From assembly GCA_944386165.1 (NCBI GenBank), contig CALXAA010000001.1, positions 67,231 through 131,230 on the forward strand: a stretch of DNA of 64,000 nucleotides. The letters run 5' to 3'. Made by a program: the position numbers and the translations under genes. Under the pieces are notes generated by a model. It was not told the origin of the DNA, did no database searches, and saw only the letters and a list, made by a program, of their open reading frames with translations. This stretch comes from an uncultured Clostridia bacterium (GTDB lineage Bacteria > Bacillota > Clostridia > TANB77 > CAG-508). Below, piece after piece: positions 19,428 to 28,950 of the stretch. Within the stretch, counting starts at the first letter, position 1. Each line of letters begins with the position of its first letter.

Positions 19428-19487
19428 TTGTTGCCCCTTTCCTTAGAATGTTTTCCTAATTTATCAATGAAATTTTTATAATAAGTT

Positions 19488-19931
19488 TTAACCAATTACA
19501 TCTACTTTAATTTTTCCTATAATGCCTTCAAATAGTTTTATTGAAACAGTATGTGTTCCTAATGATTTTATTGTTTCTTTTAAATCAACCTTTTTTTTGT
19601 CAATTTTTATATTGTGCTGTGTTTCAAAAGCATCAGCTATGTCTTTAGCAGAAACTCCTCCAAAAATTTTCCCGTTTTCTCCTGCTTTTACTTTTATTTT
19701 TAACATGATTTTATTCATTTTTTCTGCTAATTTTTTTGCTTCTTCTCTTTCTGTATCTTTTTTAAATTTTTTTGAATCGTTTTGTGCTTGTAATTTTGCC
19801 ATGTTTTCTGCATTTGCTTCTACTGCTAGTTTTTTTGGAAATAAAAAGTTACGAACATATCCATCAGATACATTTATTATTTCATCTTTTTTTCCTACTC
19901 CTTTTATATCTGCTTTTAAAATAACTTTCAT
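19488..19931 (-). CDS. rplI: 50S ribosomal protein L9
   Basis: MKVILKADIKGVGKKDEIINVSDGYVRNFLFPKKLA. I prefer the internal ATG at 19931 over the GTG at 19940 given in the ORF track. Confidence 0.9.
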   Translation of the reverse strand: MKVILKADIKGVGKKDEIINVSDGYVRNFLFPKKLAVEANAENMAKLQAQNDSKKFKKDTEREEAKKLAEKMNKIMLKIKVKAGENGKIFGGVSAKDIADAFETQHNIKIDKKKVDLKETIKSLGTHTVSIKLFEGIIGKIKVDVIG

Positions 19932-19958
19932 GATTATCACTTTCCTCTCAGGTTATTT

Positions 19959-21974
19959 TTATTCTTTTTCTTCAAAATATTCATTAATTTTTTCTATTAA
20001 TTCTGTTTTTGATTCTTCAATTGTTTTATTTTCTAATTGGGCTCCAGCTAATGTAATATGTCCGCCTCCTCCTAACTTTTCTAATATTAGTTGGACATTA
20101 ATATCTCCTATTGAACGTCCACTTATGCATATTTTCCCATCTTCCATAGTTCCTAAAACAAATGATGCTGTTATATTACCAATAGTTAATAATTCATCTG
20201 CTGCTTTTGCACATATTAAACTTGTATCTTTTTCTTTAACTTCATAAGTTGAAATTCCAATACCATCTCTTACTATTTCTGCTTTTCTTACAATATCTGA
20301 AATTTTATTATAACTCTCCAAATCACTTTGAAACCATTTTTTTACTTTTATTATATCAACTCCACATCTACGTAAATACGCCGCTGCTTCAAATGTTCTT
20401 ACTCCTGTTTTAAATGTAAAGTTTTTTGTATCTGTCATTATTCCTACATATAGTCCTTCTGCTTCTGTTTCTGTTAATTCAATATCCTTTTGCGTATATT
20501 GAATAATTTCTGTAACTAGTTCAGCTGCAGATGAGGCATATACTTCTTGAAATGTTAGAATGCTATTATCTATAAAGTCTGCACTTCTTCTGTGATGATC
20601 AATTACAACTATTTTATTTGTTTTTGTCAACAATTCAGGTTCTTCTACATAAGATTTTTTTTGTGTGTCAACTATTATTAATAGTGTTTCACTATCTATT
20701 TGAGAAATAGCTGTTTCTTTATTTATAAATACTTCTTTATATTGATCTTGAATACTTTCAAATAAATCTTTTATTGATGGAGTATCTGTATTTGTTACTA
20801 TTTTAGGTTCTTTTCCTAAACTAACTGCAATTCTATAAATTCCTAATGCTGAACCTATTACATCTGTGTCTGGATTTGTATGTCCCATTATCATTATTTT
20901 ATCATTTTCTGATATTAATTCTTCTAATGCATGTGCTACAATTCTTGCTTTTACTTTTGTTCTTTTTTCTATTTCTTCTACTTTTCCTCCAAAGAACAAA
21001 TATTTACCATCTTGTCTGATTACAGCTTGGTCTCCACCTCTACCTAATATTACATCCATTGCTGCAGATGCTGATTTATATACTTCTTTTTCTGTTTCTC
21101 CTTCATTTGATATTGCTATACTTAATGTTAATTGTATTTTGTCTTTTCTAACTAAGTTTTTTACTGAATCTAGTATTGCAAATTTATCTTCTTTTATTTT
21201 TTCAAGATTTTTTTGTTCAAATATATATACATAAGTATCTCTGTCTGACTTTACTAAAATTCCATTAGTTTGATTTACCCAATCATATATTGTTTTTTCT
21301 AATTTTGCCATTAATTGTGTTTTTTGTTCTGCATCAACTCTTTGTGTTACTTCTTCATAATTGTCTATCATTATGATTCCAACACAAATTTTTTGATCTT
21401 CATTTTCTTTGGTTAGTCTATATTTTTCAGTTTCATCAATAAAATATAGAATTATCATGTATTCTGCAGATCTTCTTCTGTCATATTTTTTTGATTTCGC
21501 AAATTCTCCTTGTACTGTATAAATTTTTTTACCAATTTCTATTTGTCTTGTTACAGATTTTCTTTTTGGATTTTCACTTTTTTCAATCTCATCTTTTACA
21601 TCTATAATTAAATCATCAAGATAATTATTTATATCAATATCTGCAAATTCAGTAACAAATTTTGCACTTTTCCAAACTATATTTCCATCTGTTTCTAATA
21701 TTACAAGTGGAATTGGCGAATTTATTAAACTACTTTTTGCAGCAGAGTCAACTGTTAATATTAAGTCTTGCAATTGCTCTGATATTTCACTTTTTCTTTT
21801 ATTGTTTGTAAAATAAGTGTAGCTTATAATAGCTATATATACTATTAGTGATGGAATGATTAGTTGTGGCTTAATCACAGATATTAAAACAAATAATATT
21901 AATATAATAACTAAGTATACTTTTGTTCTTGAAACTAAATTATCAAATACTTTCCTATTGTTATTTTCAGACAT
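19959..21974 (-). CDS. gdpP: Cyclic-di-AMP phosphodiesterase GdpP (TM-PAS-degenerate GGDEF-DHH/DHHA1)
   Basis: Two N-terminal TM segments. DHH-family motifs GHTNPDTDVIGS, VIDHHRR and GGGGH. Shows the classic gdpP-rplI-dnaB synteny. Confidence 0.85.
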   Translation of the reverse strand: MSENNNRKVFDNLVSRTKVYLVIILILFVLISVIKPQLIIPSLIVYIAIISYTYFTNNKRKSEISEQLQDLILTVDSAAKSSLINSPIPLVILETDGNIVWKSAKFVTEFADIDINNYLDDLIIDVKDEIEKSENPKRKSVTRQIEIGKKIYTVQGEFAKSKKYDRRRSAEYMIILYFIDETEKYRLTKENEDQKICVGIIMIDNYEEVTQRVDAEQKTQLMAKLEKTIYDWVNQTNGILVKSDRDTYVYIFEQKNLEKIKEDKFAILDSVKNLVRKDKIQLTLSIAISNEGETEKEVYKSASAAMDVILGRGGDQAVIRQDGKYLFFGGKVEEIEKRTKVKARIVAHALEELISENDKIMIMGHTNPDTDVIGSALGIYRIAVSLGKEPKIVTNTDTPSIKDLFESIQDQYKEVFINKETAISQIDSETLLIIVDTQKKSYVEEPELLTKTNKIVVIDHHRRSADFIDNSILTFQEVYASSAAELVTEIIQYTQKDIELTETEAEGLYVGIMTDTKNFTFKTGVRTFEAAAYLRRCGVDIIKVKKWFQSDLESYNKISDIVRKAEIVRDGIGISTYEVKEKDTSLICAKAADELLTIGNITASFVLGTMEDGKICISGRSIGDINVQLILEKLGGGGHITLAGAQLENKTIEESKTELIEKINEYFEEKE

Positions 21975-22065
21975 ATTCTCTCCTTTTATACTGTTTAAGT
22001 ATAACTCTAAATATACTATTTGTCAAGTGTTTTACGTTATCTTGGATATGGAAAAATACATAAAA

Positions 22066-22102
22066 AAAGCATTAAATAAAGATTCCTTCTTTAAAATGCT
22101 TT
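22066..22102 (-). terminator. Terminator after mgtE
   Basis: aaagcatt / aatgcttt stem followed on the minus strand by a T-run. Confidence 0.55.
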
Positions 22103-22115
22103 TTTCGTTAAATTT

Positions 22116-23450
22116 TTAAATATGCATAATTGCTGTTGCTATTTGGAAATATACTAAAATTGAGAATATATCAACAAGTGTTGTTATTAAAGGTGTTGCC
22201 ATGATTGCTGGATCTAATTTTAATTTTTTTGCAAACATTGGTAATAAGCAACCAAGTGCTTTTGATAATGCTACTGTTGCAATTAATGTTAATCCTATAA
22301 CAATAGCTAATTGTAAATCATTATATTGAATCATTATTCTAATACCATTTACAATTGCTAGAACAACTCCTACAATAATTGATACTCTAAATTCTTTCCA
22401 TAGGGCTTTAAATAAATCTTTTAATTCTATTTCATCAGTTGCAAGCCCACGAATAATTAATGTTGAACTTTGCGATCCACAGTTTCCTCCAGTTCCCATT
22501 ATCATTGGAATAAATGCTACTAGTAGTGGAACTGCTGCAAATGCTTCTTCATAATTTGTAATTATTCCTCCTGTAATAGCAGATGAAAGCATTAGAACCA
22601 AAAGCCAAACAATTCTATTTTTAGCATGTTTAAAAACTGATGTTTCAAAATACCCTTTTTCATTTGGACTCATAGCCGCCATTTTCTCAAAATCCTCTGC
22701 TGTTTCATCTTGTAATACATTAATAGCATCATCAACTGTAATAATTCCAACTAATCTATTTTCTGTATCTACAACAGGTAAAGCATACATATCATATTTA
22801 TCAAATAATTTTGCAACATCTTCTTGATCCTCTAATGTATTTACTGAAATTACATTTGTGGTCATTAATTCTTTTATAATTTGCTCTTTCTTAGAAATTA
22901 ATATTTCTTTTATATTAATCATTCCCAATAAAACTCTATTTCTATTTAAAACATAACAATTATAAATTGTTTCAGAATCAATACCAATATCTCTAATACG
23001 TTGTAATGCTTGTTCGACAGTCATTGTTTCTTTTAAATCTATAAATTCTGTTGTCATTATGCTTCCTGCACTATCTTCTGGATATTGTAATAACTCATTA
23101 ATTATTTTTCTATCTTTTGCGTTTACAACTTTTAAGATTTTCTTTACTACATTTGAAGGCATTTCTTCAATTAAGTCTACTGTATCATCCATAAAGAGTT
23201 CATTTAAAATTCCTTTTAATTCAGCATCTGTTAAATCCTGAATTAATTTTTCTTTCATATATGGCTCCATATATGAAAATGCTTCTCCAGCTTGTTCTTT
23301 AGGTAAGATTCTAAATAATTTTACAACACTTTCTTTATCAAGTTCTTCCAGCAACGGCGGTATATCAGCACTGTTTATTTCTTTCAGTTTTTCTTTTAAT
23401 ACATTATATTTCTTTTCTTCTAATAATTTTGTTATTTCATCTTTTTCCAT
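22116..23450 (-). CDS. mgtE: Magnesium transporter MgtE
   Basis: MgtE N-domain, tandem CBS region and a C-terminal 5-TM domain containing GTGGNCGSQSST. Confidence 0.95.
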   Translation of the reverse strand: MEKDEITKLLEEKKYNVLKEKLKEINSADIPPLLEELDKESVVKLFRILPKEQAGEAFSYMEPYMKEKLIQDLTDAELKGILNELFMDDTVDLIEEMPSNVVKKILKVVNAKDRKIINELLQYPEDSAGSIMTTEFIDLKETMTVEQALQRIRDIGIDSETIYNCYVLNRNRVLLGMINIKEILISKKEQIIKELMTTNVISVNTLEDQEDVAKLFDKYDMYALPVVDTENRLVGIITVDDAINVLQDETAEDFEKMAAMSPNEKGYFETSVFKHAKNRIVWLLVLMLSSAITGGIITNYEEAFAAVPLLVAFIPMIMGTGGNCGSQSSTLIIRGLATDEIELKDLFKALWKEFRVSIIVGVVLAIVNGIRIMIQYNDLQLAIVIGLTLIATVALSKALGCLLPMFAKKLKLDPAIMATPLITTLVDIFSILVYFQIATAIMHI

Positions 23451-23477
23451 CTGATATACCCCCTTTTCTTTTAAATT

Positions 23478-23852
23478 TTATTCAACAACTTTTTTCCATA
23501 ATCCATGTTTATTGCAATAAGCATAAATTACTGTTCCTTGATGATAACAGAATTTTGCAACTGCTTCATCTCCTGGTTTGAAATATACAGTTTTTTCTTT
23601 GTTTTCATTTTTGAATGTTACCCATTCAATGTAATGATCGTCTTCCATAACATGATTTACTTTAACTAAAATTTTATTATCTTTTACCTCATATGTTGGT
23701 ACATGTTTTTCTACTGCAGCATCTACTGAGTTTGGAACTAGTGTTTTCATTTCCTCTCCACAGCATTGGATTCCATCTTTGCAATTGCAGTCCTTTATAA
23801 CTTTTACAATTGCACCACAATGTGTACATTTTTTGATTACTAATTCTTCCAT
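23478..23852 (-). CDS. dfx: Desulfoferrodoxin-type superoxide reductase
   Basis: N-terminal CxxC...CC desulforedoxin-like motif (CTHCGAIVKV...IQCCGEEM). EKHVP and C-terminal CNKHGLW ligand motifs. Confidence 0.85.
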   Translation of the reverse strand: MEELVIKKCTHCGAIVKVIKDCNCKDGIQCCGEEMKTLVPNSVDAAVEKHVPTYEVKDNKILVKVNHVMEDDHYIEWVTFKNENKEKTVYFKPGDEAVAKFCYHQGTVIYAYCNKHGLWKKVVE

Positions 23853-23989
23853 AATATAACTTCCTTTCTTTTTTATTTTTCACCAATTATTTTTATGCAA
23901 TACTTAATATTTTCCAAAAATAAAAAATATGGTGAATTTCTTTTCCACCATATTTTAGCATATACAATATAAAAAAACAATGCTTAAAT

Positions 23990-24706
23990 TTATTTTAAAT
24001 CTTTTAAAGCCTTTTCTGTAATTTTGTTTTTATCAAAAATTCTAATAATTATTAATGCTAATATTGTAACAATAAAAGTAATTCCGTATATTAATAGACT
24101 AATTTTCCAATTTCCTTCTGAAAAATATTGTCCAGCAATTGTAGATGATATTACAGATGGAAATCTACAAAATGTAGCTATTAAAATAAACCTTATAGGT
24201 CTAATTGGAAGTAATCCTCCAACATAAATCAAAATATCTTTTGGAATTCCTGTTATTGCAAAACATATTGCTAATATAAATTCTATGTTTTTAGGGTTTT
24301 GAAAAATTTTACTTTTTTCAATTTTATCTATTTTTTCTTTATCAAAAGATTGTTCAATAAATTTTCTGCCAAATTTTCTAACTAATAAAAATATTATTGT
24401 TGTTGTTAATGCTACTGAGAAAAATATAAATATTGCTCCTCCTATAGCTCCATAGCACATTCCTGCTAGTATTTCTAAAGGCTCTCCTGGCAATATTACT
24501 AAAAAGATTTGTGCAATTTGTAATCCAAGCAGTATTAAAAATCCCAATATTCCACTTTGTTCAATTCTTGCTTTAAAAGCTAATTGCCCTTCATGTGTTG
24601 ATAAATCCTTCATTACTGGGAATAAATATATTATAATTCCTATTATTAATAATATTGCAACTATAAACATTATAATTTTAAATATTTTTGCCTTTTTTTT
24701 AATCAT
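23990..24706 (-). CDS. TVP38/TMEM64 (DedA-related) family membrane protein
   Basis: Multi-TM 238-aa protein containing LPGEPLEILAGMCYG, typical of the SNARE-associated/TVP38 family. Confidence 0.75.
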   Translation of the reverse strand: MIKKKAKIFKIIMFIVAILLIIGIIIYLFPVMKDLSTHEGQLAFKARIEQSGILGFLILLGLQIAQIFLVILPGEPLEILAGMCYGAIGGAIFIFFSVALTTTIIFLLVRKFGRKFIEQSFDKEKIDKIEKSKIFQNPKNIEFILAICFAITGIPKDILIYVGGLLPIRPIRFILIATFCRFPSVISSTIAGQYFSEGNWKISLLIYGITFIVTILALIIIRIFDKNKITEKALKDLK

Positions 24707-24876
24707 AAATTATTCCTCTTTTATATTGTAAAACATCTAAATATATCTTTATAGTAGCATATCTATTCGTATTTTTCAATACAGTTATTTCTTAATATTT
24801 TATTGATTTTTATCTATTTGTATTTTTTAAAATAATGTTAAATCGAAAAAAGCCATAAAAATTTTTCATGACTTTT

Positions 24877-25920
24877 TCAAACGATTTTTCCTCCACCTAC
24901 AACAATATCACCTATGTAAAATACTGCAGATTGTCCTGGAGTAATTGCTTTTTGAGGTTCTTCAAATTCTACTTTAATATATTTTCCTTCTTGTTTAATT
25001 TTTGCTTTAGCTTCTTTTGACGAATATCTTATTTTTACATTTACTTCTAATGTATCTTCAATTTCATCAAATAATAATAAATTTATATCTCCTACAACTA
25101 GTTCTTTTTTATATAATTCGTCTTTAGTTCCAACTATAACTTCATTTCTTTGAGAATTAAATCCTAACACAAATAGTGGCTCTGAATATGATATCCCTAA
25201 GCCTTTTCGTTGTCCTATTGTGTAATTATATAATCCCGTATGTTTTCCTAGTATTTCTCCTTTTTTTGTTACTATATTTCCTGTTTTAGGTTTTATATCA
25301 GAATTATTTTCTAGAAATTTTTTATAATTTCCATCTGGTATAAAACAAATGTCTTCACTATCCTCTTTTTCAGCAACATTTAAGTTGTTTTTCCTAGCTA
25401 TTTCCCTAATTTGTTCTTTATTTTCAAACTCTGATAATGGAAATATTACATGTTCTAGTATTTCCTTCGGAATGTTCCATAAAACATAACTTTGGTCTTT
25501 TTTTACCACATTTGATTTTTTTAATACCCATTTACCATATTTTTCAGAGTATTCAGTTTTTGCATAATGTCCTGTAGCAATATAATTACAGCCTAATTCT
25601 TTTGCTTTTTTCCACATATACCCAAATTTCATGTATCTATTACATTCTATACATGGATTTGGAGTTTCACAGTTTGCGTAGCACTTTATGAAATTTTGTA
25701 TTACATTTTTTTTGAATTGTTCTTTGCAGTCAGATGTGTAATGTGATATTCCTATTGAATTACATACATTTTTAGCATCTTCATTTGCATTAGAATTATT
25801 TTCTCCAAATAGTTCTAATGTAATTCCTATTGGTTCATATCCTTCTTGCTTCAGTAATAATGCAGATACACTACTGTCCACTCCTCCACTCATTCCAACT
25901 AGTACCTTTTTATTTTCCAT
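24877..25920 (-). CDS. mnmA: tRNA 2-thiouridine(34) synthase MnmA
   Basis: PP-loop VGMSGGVDSSV. Also CIECNRYMKF and ATGHYA motifs. Confidence 0.95.
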   Translation of the reverse strand: MENKKVLVGMSGGVDSSVSALLLKQEGYEPIGITLELFGENNSNANEDAKNVCNSIGISHYTSDCKEQFKKNVIQNFIKCYANCETPNPCIECNRYMKFGYMWKKAKELGCNYIATGHYAKTEYSEKYGKWVLKKSNVVKKDQSYVLWNIPKEILEHVIFPLSEFENKEQIREIARKNNLNVAEKEDSEDICFIPDGNYKKFLENNSDIKPKTGNIVTKKGEILGKHTGLYNYTIGQRKGLGISYSEPLFVLGFNSQRNEVIVGTKDELYKKELVVGDINLLLFDEIEDTLEVNVKIRYSSKEAKAKIKQEGKYIKVEFEEPQKAITPGQSAVFYIGDIVVGGGKIV

Positions 25921-25941
25921 TTTTTATTCCTTCCTTAATAC

Positions 25942-26379
25942 TTACTTTTCAGTCTTATTTATCATATCTTCTACTGTGTGCCATGCAAGTAAAGCACATT
26001 TTACTCTTGCTGGCATATTTGAAATATTTCTAAATGCAATGGCATCTTCTAATTTTTTTAATTCTTCTTCATCTGTTGTTTCTCTTTTAATCATTTCTAT
26101 AAATGTTTTTATAATTTCTCTTGCTTCTTCTATTGTTTTTCCTTTTAAAGTATCTATCATTATAGATGTTGAAGCTTGTGATATGGCACATCCATGTCCT
26201 GTAAATGCCATATCTTCTATTTTATCTCCATTTAGTTTTAATTGAATTTCTATTTCATCTCCACAATTTGGATTATTACCCATTTCACACAAATCACATT
26301 TATTTAATTTCTTTTTATTATATGAATTCATACTATGTTCCATTATTAAGTCATTATAAATATTATTTAAATCTTCCAT
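25942..26379 (-). CDS. sufU: SUF-system Fe-S/sulfur-transfer scaffold protein SufU
   Basis: NPNCGDEIEIQL, GHGCAISQAS and ARVKCALLAWH, the three conserved Cys regions of SufU/IscU-like proteins. Confidence 0.85.
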   Translation of the reverse strand: MEDLNNIYNDLIMEHSMNSYNKKKLNKCDLCEMGNNPNCGDEIEIQLKLNGDKIEDMAFTGHGCAISQASTSIMIDTLKGKTIEEAREIIKTFIEMIKRETTDEEELKKLEDAIAFRNISNMPARVKCALLAWHTVEDMINKTEK

Positions 26380-26456
26380 TTTTTCACCTTTCTATTGACA
26401 TTCAATTTTTTCTGTGACAATATATTTTACGTAAAATTTACATTTAAGCTAAATTA

Positions 26457-26521
26457 GCATAAATGCATAGATTAGCAAGAGCATAAAGCACAGAATCTCT
26501 TGCCATTCTATGCACTTATGC
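26457..26521 (-). other. Nested imperfect hairpin in the sufS-sufU spacer
   Basis: Outer arms gcataaatgcatag / ctatgcacttatgc (13 of 14 complementary). Inner arms gcaagag / ctcttgc. Contains two direct ATTAGCA copies (26453-26459 and 26471-26477). Confidence 0.5.
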
Positions 26522-26604
26522 TGAGGGATAGATAGTCCAACCAACTGTAGTTAAATATATCATTTTTATATTAATTTGCCAATGTATTTTCAAACATTTT
26601 TTCG

Positions 26605-27828
26605 CTATTTATTTATATATTTCTTAAACATTTCATAAGTTTTATTTAAAGCATGAACAAGTCTATCAACATCTTCTTTAGTATTATAAAAATAGAAACT
26701 TGCTCTACATGTTGAATCAATATCCAAAAATCTCATAAGTGGTTGTACACAATGGTTTCCTGAACGAATACATACTCCTTCTGAATCTAATATACTAGCT
26801 ACATCATGAGGATGAACTCCTTTAATGTTAAATGAAATTACACTTGAATGATTTTTAGAATTTGGAGTTATATATAATGTTAAATAATCTAGTTTTGATA
26901 ATTCCTGTTTTGCATATGAAACTATTTCATCTTCTAATTCTTGTATTTGATTATATCCAATTTTTTCTATATAATCAATTGCTGCTCCTAATCCTACAAC
27001 ACCTTCTACATTTTGTGTTCCTGCTTCAAATTTATATGGTAAAGGTGCAAATGTTGTTTCCTGTTCATACACATATTCTATCATTTCTCCACCCATTAGA
27101 AATGGTGTCATTTTATCTAAAATTTCTTTCTTTCCATATAGCACACCAACTCCAAGGGGAGCTAACATTTTATGTCCTGAAAATACTAAAAAGTCTGCAT
27201 CTAAGTCTTGTACATCAATTTTCATATGAGGAATACTTTGTGAAGCATCTACTACAACAATGGCTCCTTTTTTATGTGCACATTCAATTATTTTTTTTAC
27301 ATTGTTAATTGTTCCTAAAACATTTGAAACATGTGTAATTCCAACAATTTTTGTTTTGTCTGTAATTTTGTTTTCTATTTCTTCATCAGATATCTCAAAA
27401 TTTTTATTAATATACATATATTTTAATTTACTTCCTGTGGCTTTTGTTATTTTTTGCCAAGGTACTAAATTAGAATGATGCTCCATTATAGATATAACTA
27501 CTTCATCATCTTTTTTTAAGTTATCCATTCCATAAGAATATGCTATTAAGTTTAAACTTTCTGTTGCGTTTTTGGTGAATATTACTTCTTCCGTATGTTT
27601 TGCATTAATAAATTTTGCAATTTTTGCCCTTGTATTTTCATATTCTTCAGTTGCCTCAACACTTAATTCATATGATCCCCTATGTGGATTTGCATTTTCC
27701 TTTTCATAAAATTCTTCTATTGCTTTTATTACTTGAATTGGTCTTTGAGATGTAGCGCCACTATCTAAATAAGCAATATCACGATTTAGTAATAGCGGAA
27801 AATCTTTTTTTATTTCTTGAGCTTTCAT
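26605..27828 (-). CDS. sufS: Cysteine desulfurase SufS
   Basis: Class V aminotransferase pattern. SGHKMLAP (PLP lysine) and RSGNHCVQP (catalytic Cys loop). Confidence 0.95.
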   Translation of the reverse strand: MKAQEIKKDFPLLLNRDIAYLDSGATSQRPIQVIKAIEEFYEKENANPHRGSYELSVEATEEYENTRAKIAKFINAKHTEEVIFTKNATESLNLIAYSYGMDNLKKDDEVVISIMEHHSNLVPWQKITKATGSKLKYMYINKNFEISDEEIENKITDKTKIVGITHVSNVLGTINNVKKIIECAHKKGAIVVVDASQSIPHMKIDVQDLDADFLVFSGHKMLAPLGVGVLYGKKEILDKMTPFLMGGEMIEYVYEQETTFAPLPYKFEAGTQNVEGVVGLGAAIDYIEKIGYNQIQELEDEIVSYAKQELSKLDYLTLYITPNSKNHSSVISFNIKGVHPHDVASILDSEGVCIRSGNHCVQPLMRFLDIDSTCRASFYFYNTKEDVDRLVHALNKTYEMFKKYINK

Positions 27829-27894
27829 AAACCCTCCCTATTATTAAATTAAAACCTCTTATTTATCTATTTGAAAGAGGTTTTTTAATTTATA

Positions 27895-28950
27895 CTAATC
27901 TAATCTTTCATCTATTTCTTTTAGAATTTCTTCTTTTAAATTATCATCTTTTATTTTTTCAATTATATTGTTAAATTTAGACTTTACAATTAATTTAACC
28001 GCTTCTTTATAACTTATTCCTCTTGCCATAATATAAAATAATTGTTTTTCATCTACTTTTCCAGAAGATGTTGAATGATTTCCTTCTACATCTTCTTCTG
28101 TACATAATAACATTGGTAATGCAATTGATTTTGCTTTATTAGATAACAACATACAACTTTCGTTTTCATTTCCTTTAGCTTTTTTAGCTCCTTTTTTAAA
28201 ATCTATAGTTCCCTTAAAATTCTTCTTTGCATTGTCTTTTAAAGCACCTTGAACATCTATATCAATATTTGTTTTTTCTCCTTTTAATTCTGCAATATAA
28301 TTTATGTCTTTTATTTGATTATTTCTTCCCAAATAAATTGTTTTTAAATCATTACTTGCATTAGTTCCAATTATATTTGAATAATAATTTGATACACTTG
28401 TTTTTCCACCAATATCAATAATTGTATATTTTACATTTGAATTTTGATAAAGTGTATTTTCTATTGCTTCAAAATTATCTGTATTTTCATTTAACATATT
28501 AACTATTGTAACATTTAATTGTACATTTTCTTTTGCTGTTGTTCTTACAATTCCATTATGAAAACATGTTCTTGATGTTTTTGACTTATATATAATTGTG
28601 ACATTTGTGTCATTGTTTGCTATTATTTCTATTTGATTTATTAAATTTAAATTGTTATCATCAAAATTATATATAATTTTAATATCTTCTTTTGGTTTTG
28701 TTGTTTGTATTCTTATTTTGTTATTTGCTTCCTCAAATATAAGTTTTTCTAAAATTTTACATGTTCCATAAGTTAATTCCTTATTTGAGACTTCATTATC
28801 TATTATACTTTTATCATTTATAATCTCAACATTTTTAAATTTTCGGATTTCTTTTGGCATTTCAAAAAGGACTTCTATATTATTTATTGCAAAATTTCTT
28901 GCTGTTCTTACTGGTGTATTATTTAATTTTAATTTTTCCATATTATCCAA
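27895..28950 (-). CDS. sufD: Fe-S cluster assembly protein SufD
   Basis: 351 aa, sited between sufB and sufS. The C-terminal HSTSSGKVDEKQLFYIMARGISYKEA is typical of SufB/D family proteins. Confidence 0.85.
   Translation of the reverse strand: MDNMEKLKLNNTPVRTARNFAINNIEVLFEMPKEIRKFKNVEIINDKSIIDNEVSNKELTYGTCKILEKLIFEEANNKIRIQTTKPKEDIKIIYNFDDNNLNLINQIEIIANNDTNVTIIYKSKTSRTCFHNGIVRTTAKENVQLNVTIVNMLNENTDNFEAIENTLYQNSNVKYTIIDIGGKTSVSNYYSNIIGTNASNDLKTIYLGRNNQIKDINYIAELKGEKTNIDIDVQGALKDNAKKNFKGTIDFKKGAKKAKGNENESCMLLSNKAKSIALPMLLCTEEDVEGNHSTSSGKVDEKQLFYIMARGISYKEAVKLIVKSKFNNIIEKIKDDNLKEEILKEIDERLD

Noticed and set aside
19522-20247. 241-aa plus-strand ORF, the longest unassigned ORF in the track
   Set aside because: It lies entirely antisense to rplI and gdpP. 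Its product is Phe/Ser/Ile-rich low complexity typical of the reverse complement of A/T-rich coding sequence. It has no SD. The opposite strand encodes clearly recognisable proteins.
23451-23477. Expectation of an M-box or other riboswitch upstream of mgtE
   Set aside because: Only 27 nt separate mgtE from the upstream desulfoferrodoxin gene. That leaves no room for a riboswitch.
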